Below are positions 37,001 through 58,282 of a DNA stretch of 64,000 nt, piece after piece. Source of the DNA: Phoronis australis (taxonomy: Eukaryota > Animalia > Phoronida); contig NMRA01000028.1 of the NCBI GenBank assembly GCA_002633005.1, forward strand, positions 669,726-733,725. Direction: 5' to 3'. The notes under the pieces were generated by a model that had not been told where the DNA came from, did not search any database, and saw only the letters and a list, made by a program, of their open reading frames with translations. Made by a program: the position numbers and the translations under genes. Position 1 is the first letter of the stretch, and every line of letters starts with the position of its first letter.

Positions 37001-40000
37001 CTGTCTTAAATTCAAGAGTCTCCAGAAAGACAACAAAATTACCCACACTGAAGATTGAAAACACATTTTCCCAAATTCCAGAATCAAGAAAATTCAATTT
37101 TTGCAAGAGTTTCTGTGTCCCAAATTCTAGAGATGACCCAAACTGAAGAATTTTTACCGTACACTGCAGGCACCAAATGGACTGAAAGTTACACTAGGTA
37201 ATAGCATCACAGACGCACTACAAAGATATCAATTACCTGCTAGGTCGCCCTCAACCATTAGATATAAACATTCATGTGGGAATAAGCTGACATCTCTGGA
37301 GACTGCATGAAGACAGATGGCAGGGTATTCTAATGAGAAACCGTCACCTCCGTCACTGGTCCATGAAACACGACTGCAACAAGCAAAAGTTGGTCATAGA
37401 AAAAGGCAACTAATGCTCCAGGGTAATTACTCATTTTGAGTCCTGCCATTTGATATGTCTAGAAAGGAATTCACTGGTTATGATACATCTGACTATTTAA
37501 ACAACATGTCAGTCACATAAGCCTTCTTCTGTTCATTGACAAACTTTTCAACCATCTCACTGATTACATTAAACAGTGCCACCATCTCCACTTGCTGCAG
37601 AAGTGATGGTGGCCATCCCATTGGCCCTCAAAATGCCATAAGCTTTTCAGTGAATTAGGTTTCACACTATCAAAGTCATGTCGCTATAAGTACCTTTTAC
37701 GCATAGAGGGACACCTTAGGAAGTCATCAATGTCTTTAACTCTTCCTTGCTCAAACAAATACTCTCGCAATCCAGCAGTCCTTTGTTCAGTTGCCCCTAA
37801 TAGTCAACTGGACATTTTTACATTGCTCACGCAAGGCGATATGACATCGAAAGGTACATGACTTAGACAGTTTAATCAGTGTGAGACGTAATTTACCGAA
37901 AAGTTTCTGGCGTATGGAAGGCCTGTGGGAGCACCACAGTCTCTACTGCGGCCAGTCGAGACAAGTGTCACTGTCTATGATTATATGTGACTTCACATCC
38001 TTGACAGTGTCATGTGACTTCATATCGTTGACAGTGTCATTGTATATGATTACCGGTATATGTGACTTCACATCCTTGACAGTCAAATAAGCTGATTTTT
38101 GCAAATCACCCGAAAAAAAATTATAGCGGATGCCTTACTTTTACAATATAGAGGTTCATGACTTGAAGTGCTATCCGTGTCTTTTCCCAACCCACCCAGT
38201 TGATAAAAATACCAGTACACGGACCAAACTTTCTAATTTTCATATTATGCACAGGTCTTTTTCATAATTTACTGTAACAAAAGACGCTTGCCTTAAGAAA
38301 ATAAAACAAATTAATGATCAACATTCCAAGGTCATATAGCAAAAACACTGGCAAGTTTTCAACTTCGGTTGTCTGACTGAGACTTACTTATTAAATTATG
38401 ATACCACACCAACACTATTTTCTAATGCACCTAAGGGGTGTCAGTGAATAAAACAGACCACAGCTACATCAAACTCAATCAAGTGTTCGACTTGAGTCAC
38501 TTTCCCATTAGAGGAGAAATTTTGCTTTTACGTAAGTTTCGGTAAGTGAAAAGGGTTAAGTGTGGTAATTTTAATTAAAATCTATGAGTGAAACTTCACT
38601 GCAGATAGCTTCAGTACTCACCGAAACTTCGGCATAGTGGGACCACTCAAAGAGAAACTTTGTCGAAGTTATTGGTAGAGAACTAATCATTTTCATAAAC
38701 ACTAATAAATGGCAGGAGAACAATTAGCCACGAAGCCACTACTCAATATTTGTTTGAGAGTTTGAATGAATTGCGTCGTCTGGTGTCTTCTTCGACATCG
38801 CTGTAGGAAAGCTTTACCTTTAGAAAGCAACACGTCATTCGCAGTATTGTTTCCGTTTCATGGGCATTCTATTGAAATGACGTTAAAAATTTGGGTAGGG
38901 GTTCCCTCTATCCCTGGGTTACAGCGGCGGTACGCTGGCCACATGGACATTTGGGTAGGAGTTCCCTCTATCCTTGGGTTACAGCGGCAGTACGCCGGCC
39001 ACATGGACATTTGGGTAGGGGTTCCATCTATCCCTGGGTTACAGCGGCGGTACGCCGGCCGCATGGACATTTCATTGATGTTGACCTAGAAAAATTGGGC
39101 AGGGGTTCCTTCCTATCCCCGGGTTATGGCGGGGTTACGGCAGGGGCGTGCCAGCCACATAGGCATAATGTGAGCAAGACATTTAGGTCTTAAAACATTA
39201 ACATAATTTGTGGCTTGCAAAAATAAAGCTAAATCGTACAGTGCAGTGAATATAAAACTCATTCAGTAACAAAATTGACATTTATTTTACATTGATATTT
39301 TTCGGCTGCCGCCAAAAAGCAAATGCAATAAATTCTCCGAGACTAACCTACTCAGGAGATAAAAATGAACCGAGTTGAGGTGTCTCAGACATGCAGTATG
39401 AGCTCCAGTTTAAATTTATTATTTTCATATTGCACGAATCTCTCCCGTCTTAATTACTAAAATACAGCAATTTTTCAGCGCATCATTTGTCGTATCAATA
39501 TGCATGAGTTGTTTGAGACTTGACAGACAGGTTTTCCTTTCAAGGTGGAGATCAAGTTTGCGATTTGTTTTAAATCAAAATATGTCATATGTCATTCCTC
39601 GTCAGCTTTCTAAATGTCGCGAGTGTTCTTGAGAGATTGTGACGCGTTTGCCGCTGAAATAGTCTTCTATTCGTCGTTTTGACATTGCCACATGCAGATG
39701 ACAAGCGGCAGTACCTACACAAAATCTTGCCATGAAGCGAGAAATCGCTATTATCAAAAGCACTGACCCCCCCCCCCCCNCGGTAAAAGAGTGATTTCAG
39801 AGGGAGTGAAGAAAATGAAATGGAAACAGTTTCAGGAACAATGAAGTTACACGCTCTGTTCCCAGTAGGAACCAACCTTTTCACTTATGCTTGAGCCGAG
39901 AGCCATGCGCACAATAGAAAGCTAAAATCATCAAGAAAAGAAAGTCAAAAGAAAATGATCAGAGCGAGGAAAGAGAATTAGAGTGAAAATAATGAAAACG

Positions 40001-43000
40001 AATGTAGAAGTAGAAGAACAATGATCAGGTGACACAATTGACGTCCCAGTGATTGACAGTTTTGCTCTAGTCGAGCACGATGACGCCGTTTATCCTGGCA
40101 AAATTGCAGGAAATGGCAAAGGTATTGTGGAAGTTTCATTTATGGAAGAAGTGATCGGCAAAAACGATTATTCTGGTGGCCAGAAAAACCAGCCATAGCA
40201 AGTTGTCAACTGTAACCAGTTGTTCGTAAAATCGAAGAGCTCACAGCCTGTAGCAGAAGTAGATGTCAGTTCAGACTGTGCGACAAGGATTACTGTTATC
40301 TTGACTCTGACTCTGACGTAGAGTACTGCAAGTTAGAAATACAACTACATTTGTGTTCGCTATAAGCCTATTATCGTTTATGTTTACGTTTTAACTATGT
40401 TTTATACTTTGCGCCTTTTAGTGCCAAGTACGTTAATAAGCAAGTTAATAGTTAATAAGACGATAGTTAATCAAATTTAAGTAATATATTGCAATATTCT
40501 GACAAACAAGTTACTGTAATATTAGCTGTAATTGTTAAAATCATTAATAGTACATGTCAACATTGAAAAACGAACATGGTCAGGTACATTAAACGGTTGC
40601 TAATAATGCTTAAGTAACTGATGTTAACTTGTTAAATAACACGTGTGCATAGTCATGAACAGGCTAGATGTTCTTTTGTTAAAAACATATCTTTCTAACA
40701 TTGTAATAATGTCAGGTACGTTAAAAATAACAAACGTTTCCCAGATATACGATGGTCAGGTAATGAATTGAACATTTTTGTTTTTGTATTTATGAATGCT
40801 TAAAGTTCTTTACCAACAACGAATTTTGTCACTTGAATTGCCTTAGTACTAAAAAATCAAATCGCGCCAAGGAGCTTGGAACATTTTCTCCGAGTCTATA
40901 TCTATACACCATAAATGACTAGAATTCATATGATTAGGAGCTATTGCAATGTGGTGTGCGACATTTCTTGGAAGGCAGTTAGTTGCGAAATTAGTTATGA
41001 GATGGAAATTTAAACATAAATGGCAATTTTTGTTAAATAAATGTACCTGACATCACAAAGAAGATGCGACTCTCAAGTATCATTGACTGTCACAGTACTC
41101 ATTTTGAAATGGAGCCGCTGTTATTTTAAGTTGTGTCTGATGTTGAGGATGAAATAAGTTAAGTAAAACACTGAAACTTTAAAACTTTTTGCACCTTTCT
41201 TAATCTGAAAATGTCCTGTTTGTTAATGTTATCCGAGAATCACCGATGAGGTATTTTTGACGAGGTGAAAACCACTTATTCCAGGGTTTCCCCTGTGTGT
41301 AAACTTCTGGGCGGCCCGCCACGCTCCTTTTTGGCCCCGTCACTCGTAAATCATACTCAAATTGACATCCACACACCTAATCGTGACAAAAAACTTCACT
41401 GCCATTCAAAAATCGTTAGTAAAAATGATCGCTAGTAAAAATGAGTGCTAGTAAAATGATCGCTAGTAAAATGAATCGCAAGTAAAAATGATCGCCAGTA
41501 AAAATGATCGCTAGTAATAATGAATAAGTACAAGTCACACGGCACCTTTCACCGTTTGTGGATCGAAAGGGAAAAATAATAATTTTACAATGGGATATTG
41601 AATTGTGCCCCCGTTTAACACAATCATTCAATCACCAATCCCTTTAAGTTTTCGTACCTCGTTTCTGCCTGGTTATCCCGACAATGCATATAAAATTAAT
41701 ACAGCCGGGGACCAGACAACGACCTCGATACGAATTTTCTGAACTGGGAAAGCGCCAGGGCTCGCTAATGAAGTAAGAAACAGTAAGATTTCTGCTTCAT
41801 TCATTTTATCGTGTCTGAGCATACAAAAGACATTGTGAATTATACTGCAGGGCGTGACATCCAACTGTTAAATCAACCATAGCCCTGCGCCAAAATGACG
41901 ATATTGAATGTTAACCAGTCTCAGATTCGTCTGCATGGACTGGATTATACATCATCTGCTACGCTGGCCTATGCCAATCCCGGTCACTGATTTATCATGA
42001 GCGGTGCACCATAGGGGGCTGGGGGGAGCTATAGCCCCCCTTTTTCAGTGATACGCTGCATGTGGTCTATAGGCGATGCACCACAAGGGGGCTGAGGGGA
42101 CTTTAGCCCCCCACTTTTTTCAGTGCTGTGCCGCCCATGTTTATGTTTGGCAAGACGATACAACGTAAGTTTCGCAACTCGAATTAGTTTATTACATATA
42201 CAAAGTTCACACATATTTTGTTCTATGTTTGTCACTTCGTGGATAATTGAAATTAACACTGTTTTTTGTACTGAAGTGCGACAGAAATCACACTATGCCG
42301 TACACTCCATTGTCAATTTGTCTTACGAAGTGCTCTTTAGGCTTTACCCAGATACTTCCACTACATGATGCTCGGGTTAAGGTCTTGTCTATGATGAGCA
42401 AACTGCATCCAATTGCATCTAATTTCCCCCCCCCCCAACTCCATGCTCACATGTGGCGCCGGGTTCCACATCCGCGTCGAGCATTCATCACCATGCTCCT
42501 TTCGAAACCCAGACAATAGGGGGATCCCACTTCTCAAATTCGCGTGCGGCAACGGGCTTTGCACCCTGTTTTGGCCATTCACCACCACGCTCCTTTGAAA
42601 ACCCAGGGGAAACACTGTATTCGTTAATCGGGCTGCCGACTGTTTACAATACATGGGATGAGATTAGTACTGATGGGGAGTGCTGGGTAATTGTTTACAA
42701 TATGACGACAATGACTTACACATATGATTTTTGTATCGTTCAATTCCACGCGCCGTCATCTTTCCAAAAATACATGAATTGATCCCCTACCGCGTTTCCT
42801 TCATATTTTATCGTCGAATTTCAGTTAGCACTATTTCCCGGTGGACACCGCCATGTTAGCTCAACTCAAGATTACAGCGACACCTATTGTTAATGAATGA
42901 AACAGCATCATTGATTCTGAATGGTGTTTGCCCGCGCGAGATTCCGCTGAAGTTTTCCCGACATAATATGGTGGATGCACAAGTAGAAGCATTTTACCTT

Positions 43001-43660
43001 TTCCATTTTTTTAGAATTATGATCATTTGACCATTTTTCCATGAAATTGTCTGAAGTGATAATCTTTTCACAAATCTGGAGCTCAAAAACAACCTCCGCT
43101 TTTTTCGAGGATTCTTGCTAGCAGATGCGTATATCAGGGTCACCATAGGCTCGAATTCGAACCCTTGGTTCCGTAACTCGGGCAGGGGATTGACGGGTCT
43201 CGGTCAATTTGAACTTATGAAAAGCGACGATCTGCAAGTCGGTAGATTAGTTCAGTTTTTTACCGCCAGGTGATTCCTTATCCATTCAACATGGCGGTAT
43301 TACTACCGAGTACCAGGAAATAGTGCGAGCAGAAATTTCATGATAAAATACTAAGGGAACGGGGTAGGAGAAATTTCTGTGTATAATTGGAAAGATAACA
43401 TTGCGAGGAATCGAACGATACCAAAATCATATGTCTAAGTCATTGTCGTTGTATTGTAAACAATTACCGAGTGCTGCAGCTCCTGTATAGCCAGATGATG
43501 GGCTACGTGTTACCAACACGTTACAGAATACAAGTCATTACCTTTCTGCAATGTAAAGAGAGCCTACACCCAGACATTTGTCATTTATGAAAACTTCCGT
43601 CTTTGGTTCGCAGTGTCGTACGCCTTCTGTGGGGGGAGTTAAGTTTGAAAGAACGACCAT
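31036..43660 (-). CDS. CLNS1A: Methylosome subunit pICln, ~204 aa
   Basis: Exons 43660-43542, 37373-37237, 35092-35000, 34169-34095, 32457-32332, 31100-31036 (615 nt, in frame). Translation [21 protein letters not shown]...[15 protein letters not shown]...[17 protein letters not shown]...[27 protein letters not shown]...[13 protein letters not shown]...[11 protein letters not shown]. Confidence 0.96.
31852..31924. mobile_element. Short palindromic MITE family D
   Basis: GTGCCCAGATTTTGAGAACCAGTTT...GGGCATCAAACTGGTTCTCAAACAGTGGGCAT. Related copies at ~11590-11626, ~62603-62672 and ~63935-64000. Confidence 0.7.
34768..34970. repeat. 50-bp minisatellite, 4 copies, beside a CLNS1A donor site
   Basis: Unit TTGAACAATAAGTAAGCTCGTCAATGATAGGCCAAGTGTCTCTGTGACTC at 34768, 34818, 34868 and 34918. 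Confidence 0.95.
35289..36834. mobile_element. Non-autonomous hAT-like element, 1546 bp
   Basis: TIR CAGGGATATACTTAG / CTAGGTATATCCCTG (14/15) with subterminal CTCGCCCAG motifs at both ends. Flanks CAGGG / CAGAG are a possible decayed 5-bp TSD. Confidence 0.85.
36943..37161. mobile_element. Dispersed MITE family A, copy 3
   Basis: TAAAAATTCTCCAATTTGGGAC...CCCAAATTCCAGAATCAAG...GAAGAATTTTTACCGTA. Confidence 0.72.
38888..39072. repeat. 60-bp GC-rich minisatellite, 3 copies plus a degenerate fourth
   Basis: Unit ATTTGGGTAGGGGTTCCCTCTATCCCTGGGTTACAGCGGCGGTACGCCGGCCACATGGAC. Confidence 0.93.
39172..41221 (+). mobile_element. Decayed DNA transposon, probably Sola2-like, with transposase C-terminal relic
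   Basis: Broken frames at ~39790-40320: [13 protein letters not shown] ... [17 protein letters not shown]...VEVSFME...(frameshift)FWWPEKP...RKIEEL...R.QFRL. Possible degenerate TIR GAGCAAGACATTT / AAATGTCCTGTT and recurring CAGGTACATT motifs. No clean TSD. Confidence 0.5.
41416..41525. repeat. ~16-bp tandem repeat inside the transposon
   Basis: TAGTAAAAATGATCGC, ~6 copies. Confidence 0.9.
41996..42139. mobile_element. Nested hAT-like MITE, 5-bp TSD
   Basis: CATGAGCGGTGC / GTGCCGCCCATG ends, with TTTAT on both sides and two internal GGGGGCT..AGCCCCCC units. Confidence 0.78.
42678..43475. mobile_element. Fold-back non-autonomous DNA transposon with ~170-bp TIRs (Kolobok-like, family uncertain)
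   Basis: GGTAATTGTTTACAATATGACGACAATGACTTACACATATGATTTTTGTATCGTT...CCGCCATGTT is mirrored by AACATGGCGG...AACGATACCAAAATCATATGTCTAAGTCATTGTCGTTGTATTGTAAACAATTACC. Confidence 0.82.
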
Positions 43661-44284
43661 TTCGGAAATGCTGGTGCCGCTGGCAATATAATAGTCCAAA
43701 GCAAATAGATACAGAAGAAAATGAACGCTTTGAGAGAAAGCAAAACAATCGCACGTTTCTCGTTTCCGCATGAACCAGAAACGGAAGTAGATAATTTATC
43801 CTTTCGAACAATTCCAAAAGTTTGCTCCGTCGACCGATAGGTTTCGTTGTCAGCACTCACAGGCCCACGGTTTACACTGATCGGATCACTGCACTACGTG
43901 TATGAACCGGGATTTTTTGTTGACAAGCCCATGGGCGTGTATTCGGAAAAGGGGTGCGTGTAAACGGAAATCATAGTTTTCCTGAGCTTTGACATTTTTT
44001 ACTTAAAACTGTGTTTTTAAATTTCATGTTAATAAATGAATAGTTCGCCACGTTCGTTCTTGTAAAGTGGTAAATGCTCCTCAATACTGAACTTTTTTGT
44101 TACAAAAAGTTGAAGCTCATGAGTGGGCTTCTAAGAAGAAATTTTCCGAATAAACCCACACTATCTGTAGTGGACACTCGACATAGAACATAGTAATTGT
44201 AACTAAACCAAGGGGCATTTTTTATTCGGCAAATTTTAATTTCGGAATAAAATAACGCCCATTGGCGTTTCATCGGGTGGGGCT

Positions 44285-44357
44285 TAACCTGGTTCCCGGG
44301 CCTCACAAGCTGACGTCACGGATTGCAACCAACCTCGAGGGTCTGTGCAGGAGACTA
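44285..44357. mobile_element. 73-bp Academ-like mini-element with 10-bp TSD
   Basis: GGGTGGGGCT at 44275-44284 and 44358-44367. Ends TAACCTGGTTCCCGGGCC / GGTCTGTGCAGGAGACTA form a weak TIR. Confidence 0.55.
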
Positions 44358-46853
44358 GGGTGGGGCTTATCTACGGAAAATCCCGGTAATAAAACATGTT
44401 TCTTACATGTTATTGAGCATGCCATCATATACTACAGATGGTGCCCATCACTGTTCCTAAGGGCTGAGTGACTGTGTGACAAGCGTCTTAGTTGAGAAAA
44501 TTATAACCCTTCAGTGAAGTTCTGCCGGGGCGCATATAGATCAGATTGAACATTGGGTGCATTGATCCCCGGCCAATGTCCGTCTCAAAGCTCATCGCAA
44601 AATAATTACCCCGTTTCAAAATTAGTGTCGAACGCCAACACCACAAATTGTTAAACGGGTTTTTAACTTGAAAGAAATTGAAGACATTTAGAAAATAGGT
44701 CTCCACAACTCGTCTCTTTAAAGGAGCACCGTGTCGCTCCACCGCTGGCAAAGAATGTTGTGGTGTATTGCCGCTGAATATGACTACTAGTCAGAACCAG
44801 ACTGGTTGACTAATTTATAAACTCCGTGTTGAGCGCTTTTCGTTTTTTCAGACAACATAAAATACGCTGTATATCATAGCCAATCTATATGTTGCTCGTC
44901 ACAGCCACCACGTCTCTCGAGAAATGAATAACCAGTGTATGGAAAATAAAATGCATGTGAAGTTCAAATGTTTCTCTGATTTTAAGCTGACAAGTAAAGC
45001 TACAGAACAAATAAACGAAAACGTTCACTTGCACAAACATATCATGATACTGGGCGCAGATAACGTGTTTGCACCGGAAAATAGTTTTCACCCAGGATTC
45101 ACAGGATGAGCAAAGACAACTTCAACAACAAACCTATGCCACCAATGTCTCCAAGGAACTGGAAAAGGTGCTGACTTTCAAGTTAGGCACCAGCTTCAAC
45201 AGACAACAATGAAATTTAAGATGTGACCAGAAGCATACTTCATCTATTCAAATACTGTTGCCGGGGATAAAAACTTTTCTAATCAACAACTGGGCATTGG
45301 GAAGAGCAATCCACTAATTTGCACGCTAGGGACGCCTGTACCAGTAATTTTGTACCCCTTCTATAAAAACTGCTGTCCTAGAAACAATCAAATTCCAGTA
45401 GAGCTTACTTAAAAGCATGCTGATTTGTAAGTATATGAAAACAATATGAAAGCAACCCATCAATAGAGCTTCCTCAAATTTTTGGAGGGTGAAGAAAGGA
45501 TAACAGTATGTTTAAGTAACAGTCTCTGTACATGCAGTTTGTAACCTGAACTCAGGTTGAAAGCTGGAATCTACGACCAGAAAACGTAAAACAGGATTGC
45601 TACTTTAAATCCCATATTCTGAAAAAGCTGAGAGCATTTGCAAGTTGAGGAAGGGGATAAATAAAGCCATGAGAACAAGCAATAGAAACTCCATTTGTTA
45701 CTAAGACAAGTAAAGAGGCCCAGTCACCTTATGTTGACTTCACAATTTTAGTGAATGTAGGCTATTAAACATATGTGTGCTACAGAATGAATAAAATTCA
45801 GATCTTTATTCTACATCATAACAATATTGAAGAGTAAAACAGATAATGGTATTAGACACGTTCTGCTAGGTACCCCAAATTAACATACACTGGATACTAA
45901 AATAATAATGTAAGATACACCTGGACAAGTACAATAGTACTCACTAACTGTTCAATTTCAGTGAAAAAATAGCACCACTAAAATAAATCAGGCCCGGAAC
46001 AGGGCACGTGAAACTCTAAAAGATCACGACCTCACTGTTATTTAAAGGCCATCACAAAATCGGTAACATTTCAGTCAGCCAAGAACAATTCTGAACAACT
46101 TCATCGAGTCAAAATGATTTGATCAAGTAATCTGAAAAATCAGATCCTTCAACAGCCCAACGTTTACAACAGCATTTCTATAAGAGACCTTGGCTAAAAA
46201 ATCATTATTATTAAGAAAACTGACGATATAAACACAAATTCTGCACCGCAAATAAAGGAGATCGGGAGAAAAAAACAGTCTAAATCTCAGTCAAACCAAC
46301 AAGAAAAATACGAACCAGTGTTGATTTCATAGTTGGTCACAAAGAATTACTACCACGACTATGGAAGGATGTAAATATTAAAAATTGTGTACTAACATAA
46401 CAAAGAAACTACCTCAATAATTCAATCTATAAATGAAAACTAATATTAAACATTAGCTAAACACGGCATTGAATATTGCTTTTAATTAAAACATCTAATA
46501 CCCAGAAACTTAATAATTTCTCTTGGATAACAGCCTTTAATTAAGACCAATGTTTATAAATTTGGCCACAACCAAGACGACAAACTGGAAAAAGTCATTT
46601 ACCAAATATTTACACCAAAGTCATAAAACCATGAGAGACCCAGTTGATACTGGGGACCTAGCAGTTGTTTACTTCAGTCTAACTGTTCCTAGGCTTCTAT
46701 TAGAAACTAGCTTCTTTTAAAAATCCAGCTTTTGTTACAAGCTTAAGAGTATGCCCAATTGGCAGAGTGGTACAAATTAATAATTTCTTAGCTATAACAG
46801 CTTTTAACTTTGACTAGCAGTGGTTGGCACTTCGATGTGGCGCCCTCTGGTGG

Positions 46854-55987
<9,134 letters not shown>

Positions 55988-57293
55988 TACCAAGTTGATG
56001 GAGTACTAACTACAATACAAGAAAGCAAAATGGACTCAAAGGAAAGACGATGGTAACAACAAAATAAATGATACATAACACATGCGTTCTAGAAACTGAT
56101 CAAAGATTCTGAAGTCACTAAAATGAAATTTGTGGTGAGTCTACAAGGGGTTAATTTCGTGGTGCAAGTTACTGAGCTACTGGATACAAAACAAATTTTT
56201 TAAAATTTAAATTTATACAGTACTGGGAGGTCCTGTATTTTGGGCAGCCATGGTGTATGTAACTATGATACATTACATGAGACAACCCATAAATATGTTA
56301 ATGTAGTGTTCCATTCCATGCATACTCATCCATGTTAGGCCCGTATATAGATTATTTTATCTTACTTTGAAGAAAGACATTTTTTACCTGAAAGTGTGAT
56401 AAGTAAATTTAGGTAAAAAATTGATTTTGAGTCTATATGGTGAAAAACGAAAAAAAATTAGTAGGCATGTACAGAAATAAATACTTGGCTGGTCCCAATC
56501 CATATGGTTTATGCATCTAAAAAGTAACAAATACGATTTAACACAAGGCCAGTGCTACACATCCAATGCATAGAGACGTTAGCAATCACCCAATATTAAC
56601 CATGTATATATAAAACAGATGTCTACAAACATTCCAATACCTGCGTATGATCTCATCCTCATTTGGGCGAGTGAACGAGACTACAGGGAGGGGGGGGAGA
56701 GAGACAACTGAAAACAAAAGACAATTATGAATTATAGACAGTGAACACCGTCTCTAAACAGGCCAGTACAGATCCGATAGCCGAACGAATGTGCGTCAGG
56801 AAGTGGGGGTTCTTGGTGAGTCGGTGGCTGTTAAAACGTTAACATTATAAATTGACGTTGAGGACCGTTGACGACAGCCACGAGAATCACACTCACGACA
56901 CAGGCCGAGAACAAGTTGACCACGCTTGCCCAAGAGAAGAAAAAAAACGCAAGTGGTGAGAGGGAAAAGTCATTTTATACTCACCAGTCCACAATTCTGC
57001 AATCGTGTTAACAGAACTTGTACACGTAGTGAAGTGAACTAAACTGGAACAGCAAAAGGCGGAAACTGCCACTCCACCCTAAGTCTCCAGCCCTCTTTTG
57101 TTATGAATTGTTTACTGTCCCACAGCAATCGGAAATGTTTGACGGAAAGGTCACATTTGGACTATACCATTACGGGTTGAAGGGGTAATGATACATCATG
57201 TGTGAACAGCGCCAATGCGCTGTATACACCAGTTATATACTCGCTCATCTCATAGCGTGTCGCGTCCTGACATCGGCGAAAACAGCAATATTG

Positions 57294-57531
57294 CAGAGGC
57301 GGATCTACAGGGGGGGGGTTCAGGGGGTTTAAACCCCCCGTCGGGACAGGATTAAAAATAAAAACTGGAAAAAAATCGCCAGAAAAACGAAATTAGCTAC
57401 TAAAAATCCCAAAAAAATCTTACACGGGAGGAGGGAAACCCTCTCGCGACCTTCCTGCTCCTCGGCGCTACGCGCCTCGGATTCTCTCGAATCCTAAACC
57501 CCCCCTTACTGAAATCGTAGATCTGCCACTG
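57294..57531. mobile_element. hAT-like MITE, 5-bp TSD, upstream of UGDH
   Basis: TIR CAGAGGCGGATCTAC / GTAGATCTGCCACTG (13/15), with TATTG on both sides. Confidence 0.87.
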
Positions 57532-57739
57532 TATTGAGTCATTACTTTGGTTTTTGTAGCGTTGAAAATGGTCATTGGAGAATCCAGTCAAACATTTCTC
57601 CAAAGTCAGTAAATATAAAAACATTCAAGCAACATTATTTAATGAGTCATACCGGTAAGGTTAATTTGAATAGCGTTATATGAAACCGTAAACATGTTTA
57701 TTTTCATTACCATCATTTTTTGTTTGGAAATTGGGGAAA

Positions 57740-58282
57740 AAGAGATGCTAGGCGACTGCCTCCTCTGAGAACACCATAGTCTTGTCCTCATGACAGCCAA
57801 TTCCGTGGATTACTTAATGATCTAAAATAATTTGTAGATGACTGTAGGCGAGTACTCATCACGGATAGGAACAATTTCTAAATTACTACCTCTTTATATT
57901 TGCGTTTTTCATAGTTGTCAAAAAGTCATGTTCAGTGTCAATCAAAAGTGATCATTTTGTTTGTTCCACCAAAGGGTAGTACCCACGACCCATGACCATA
58001 CCAACTCAAAGTCAATAGGTCAGTCATCACCGTTCAGGAGCATTCTCTGCACCAAGTTTGAGAATCATCTGCAGAGATCTCGTTGTTGATCAAATAAGAT
58101 TTTTGTCACGAAGAACAATGTAATCTTGTTTGACATATGTAGTGACATCAGAATGAATTGGGGTTGTCTACAGGTCAGGATAAACCACTGCACTAAGTTT
58201 AAGAATTGTATCCTGTTGTTAAATTGATCCAGTTGTATATAAACAGAATGTGCAAAGCAATATGCCCCTTACGGAGATAATT
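57740..58282 (-). mobile_element. Old Helentron/HINE-like element
   Basis: Minus-strand start TTATCTCCGTAAGGGGCATATTGCTTT; repeated internal motifs (TGCACCAAGTTTGAG / TGCACTAAGTTTAAG, CATGACC, AAAGTCAATAGG). Boundaries approximate. Confidence 0.45.

Larger units (their letters stand above)
41282..42617. mobile_element. hAT-like non-autonomous element with 5-bp TSD, carrying a nested MITE and an internal satellite
   Basis: TIR CAGGGTTTCCCCTG / CAGGGGAAACACTG (13/14). TATTC at 41277-41281 and 42618-42622. CCACGCTCCTTT occurs near both ends. Confidence 0.88.

Noticed and set aside
43140-43200. tRNA or SINE-like TTCGAA motif
   Set aside because: No cloverleaf or A/B-box spacing; it lies inside the fold-back transposon.
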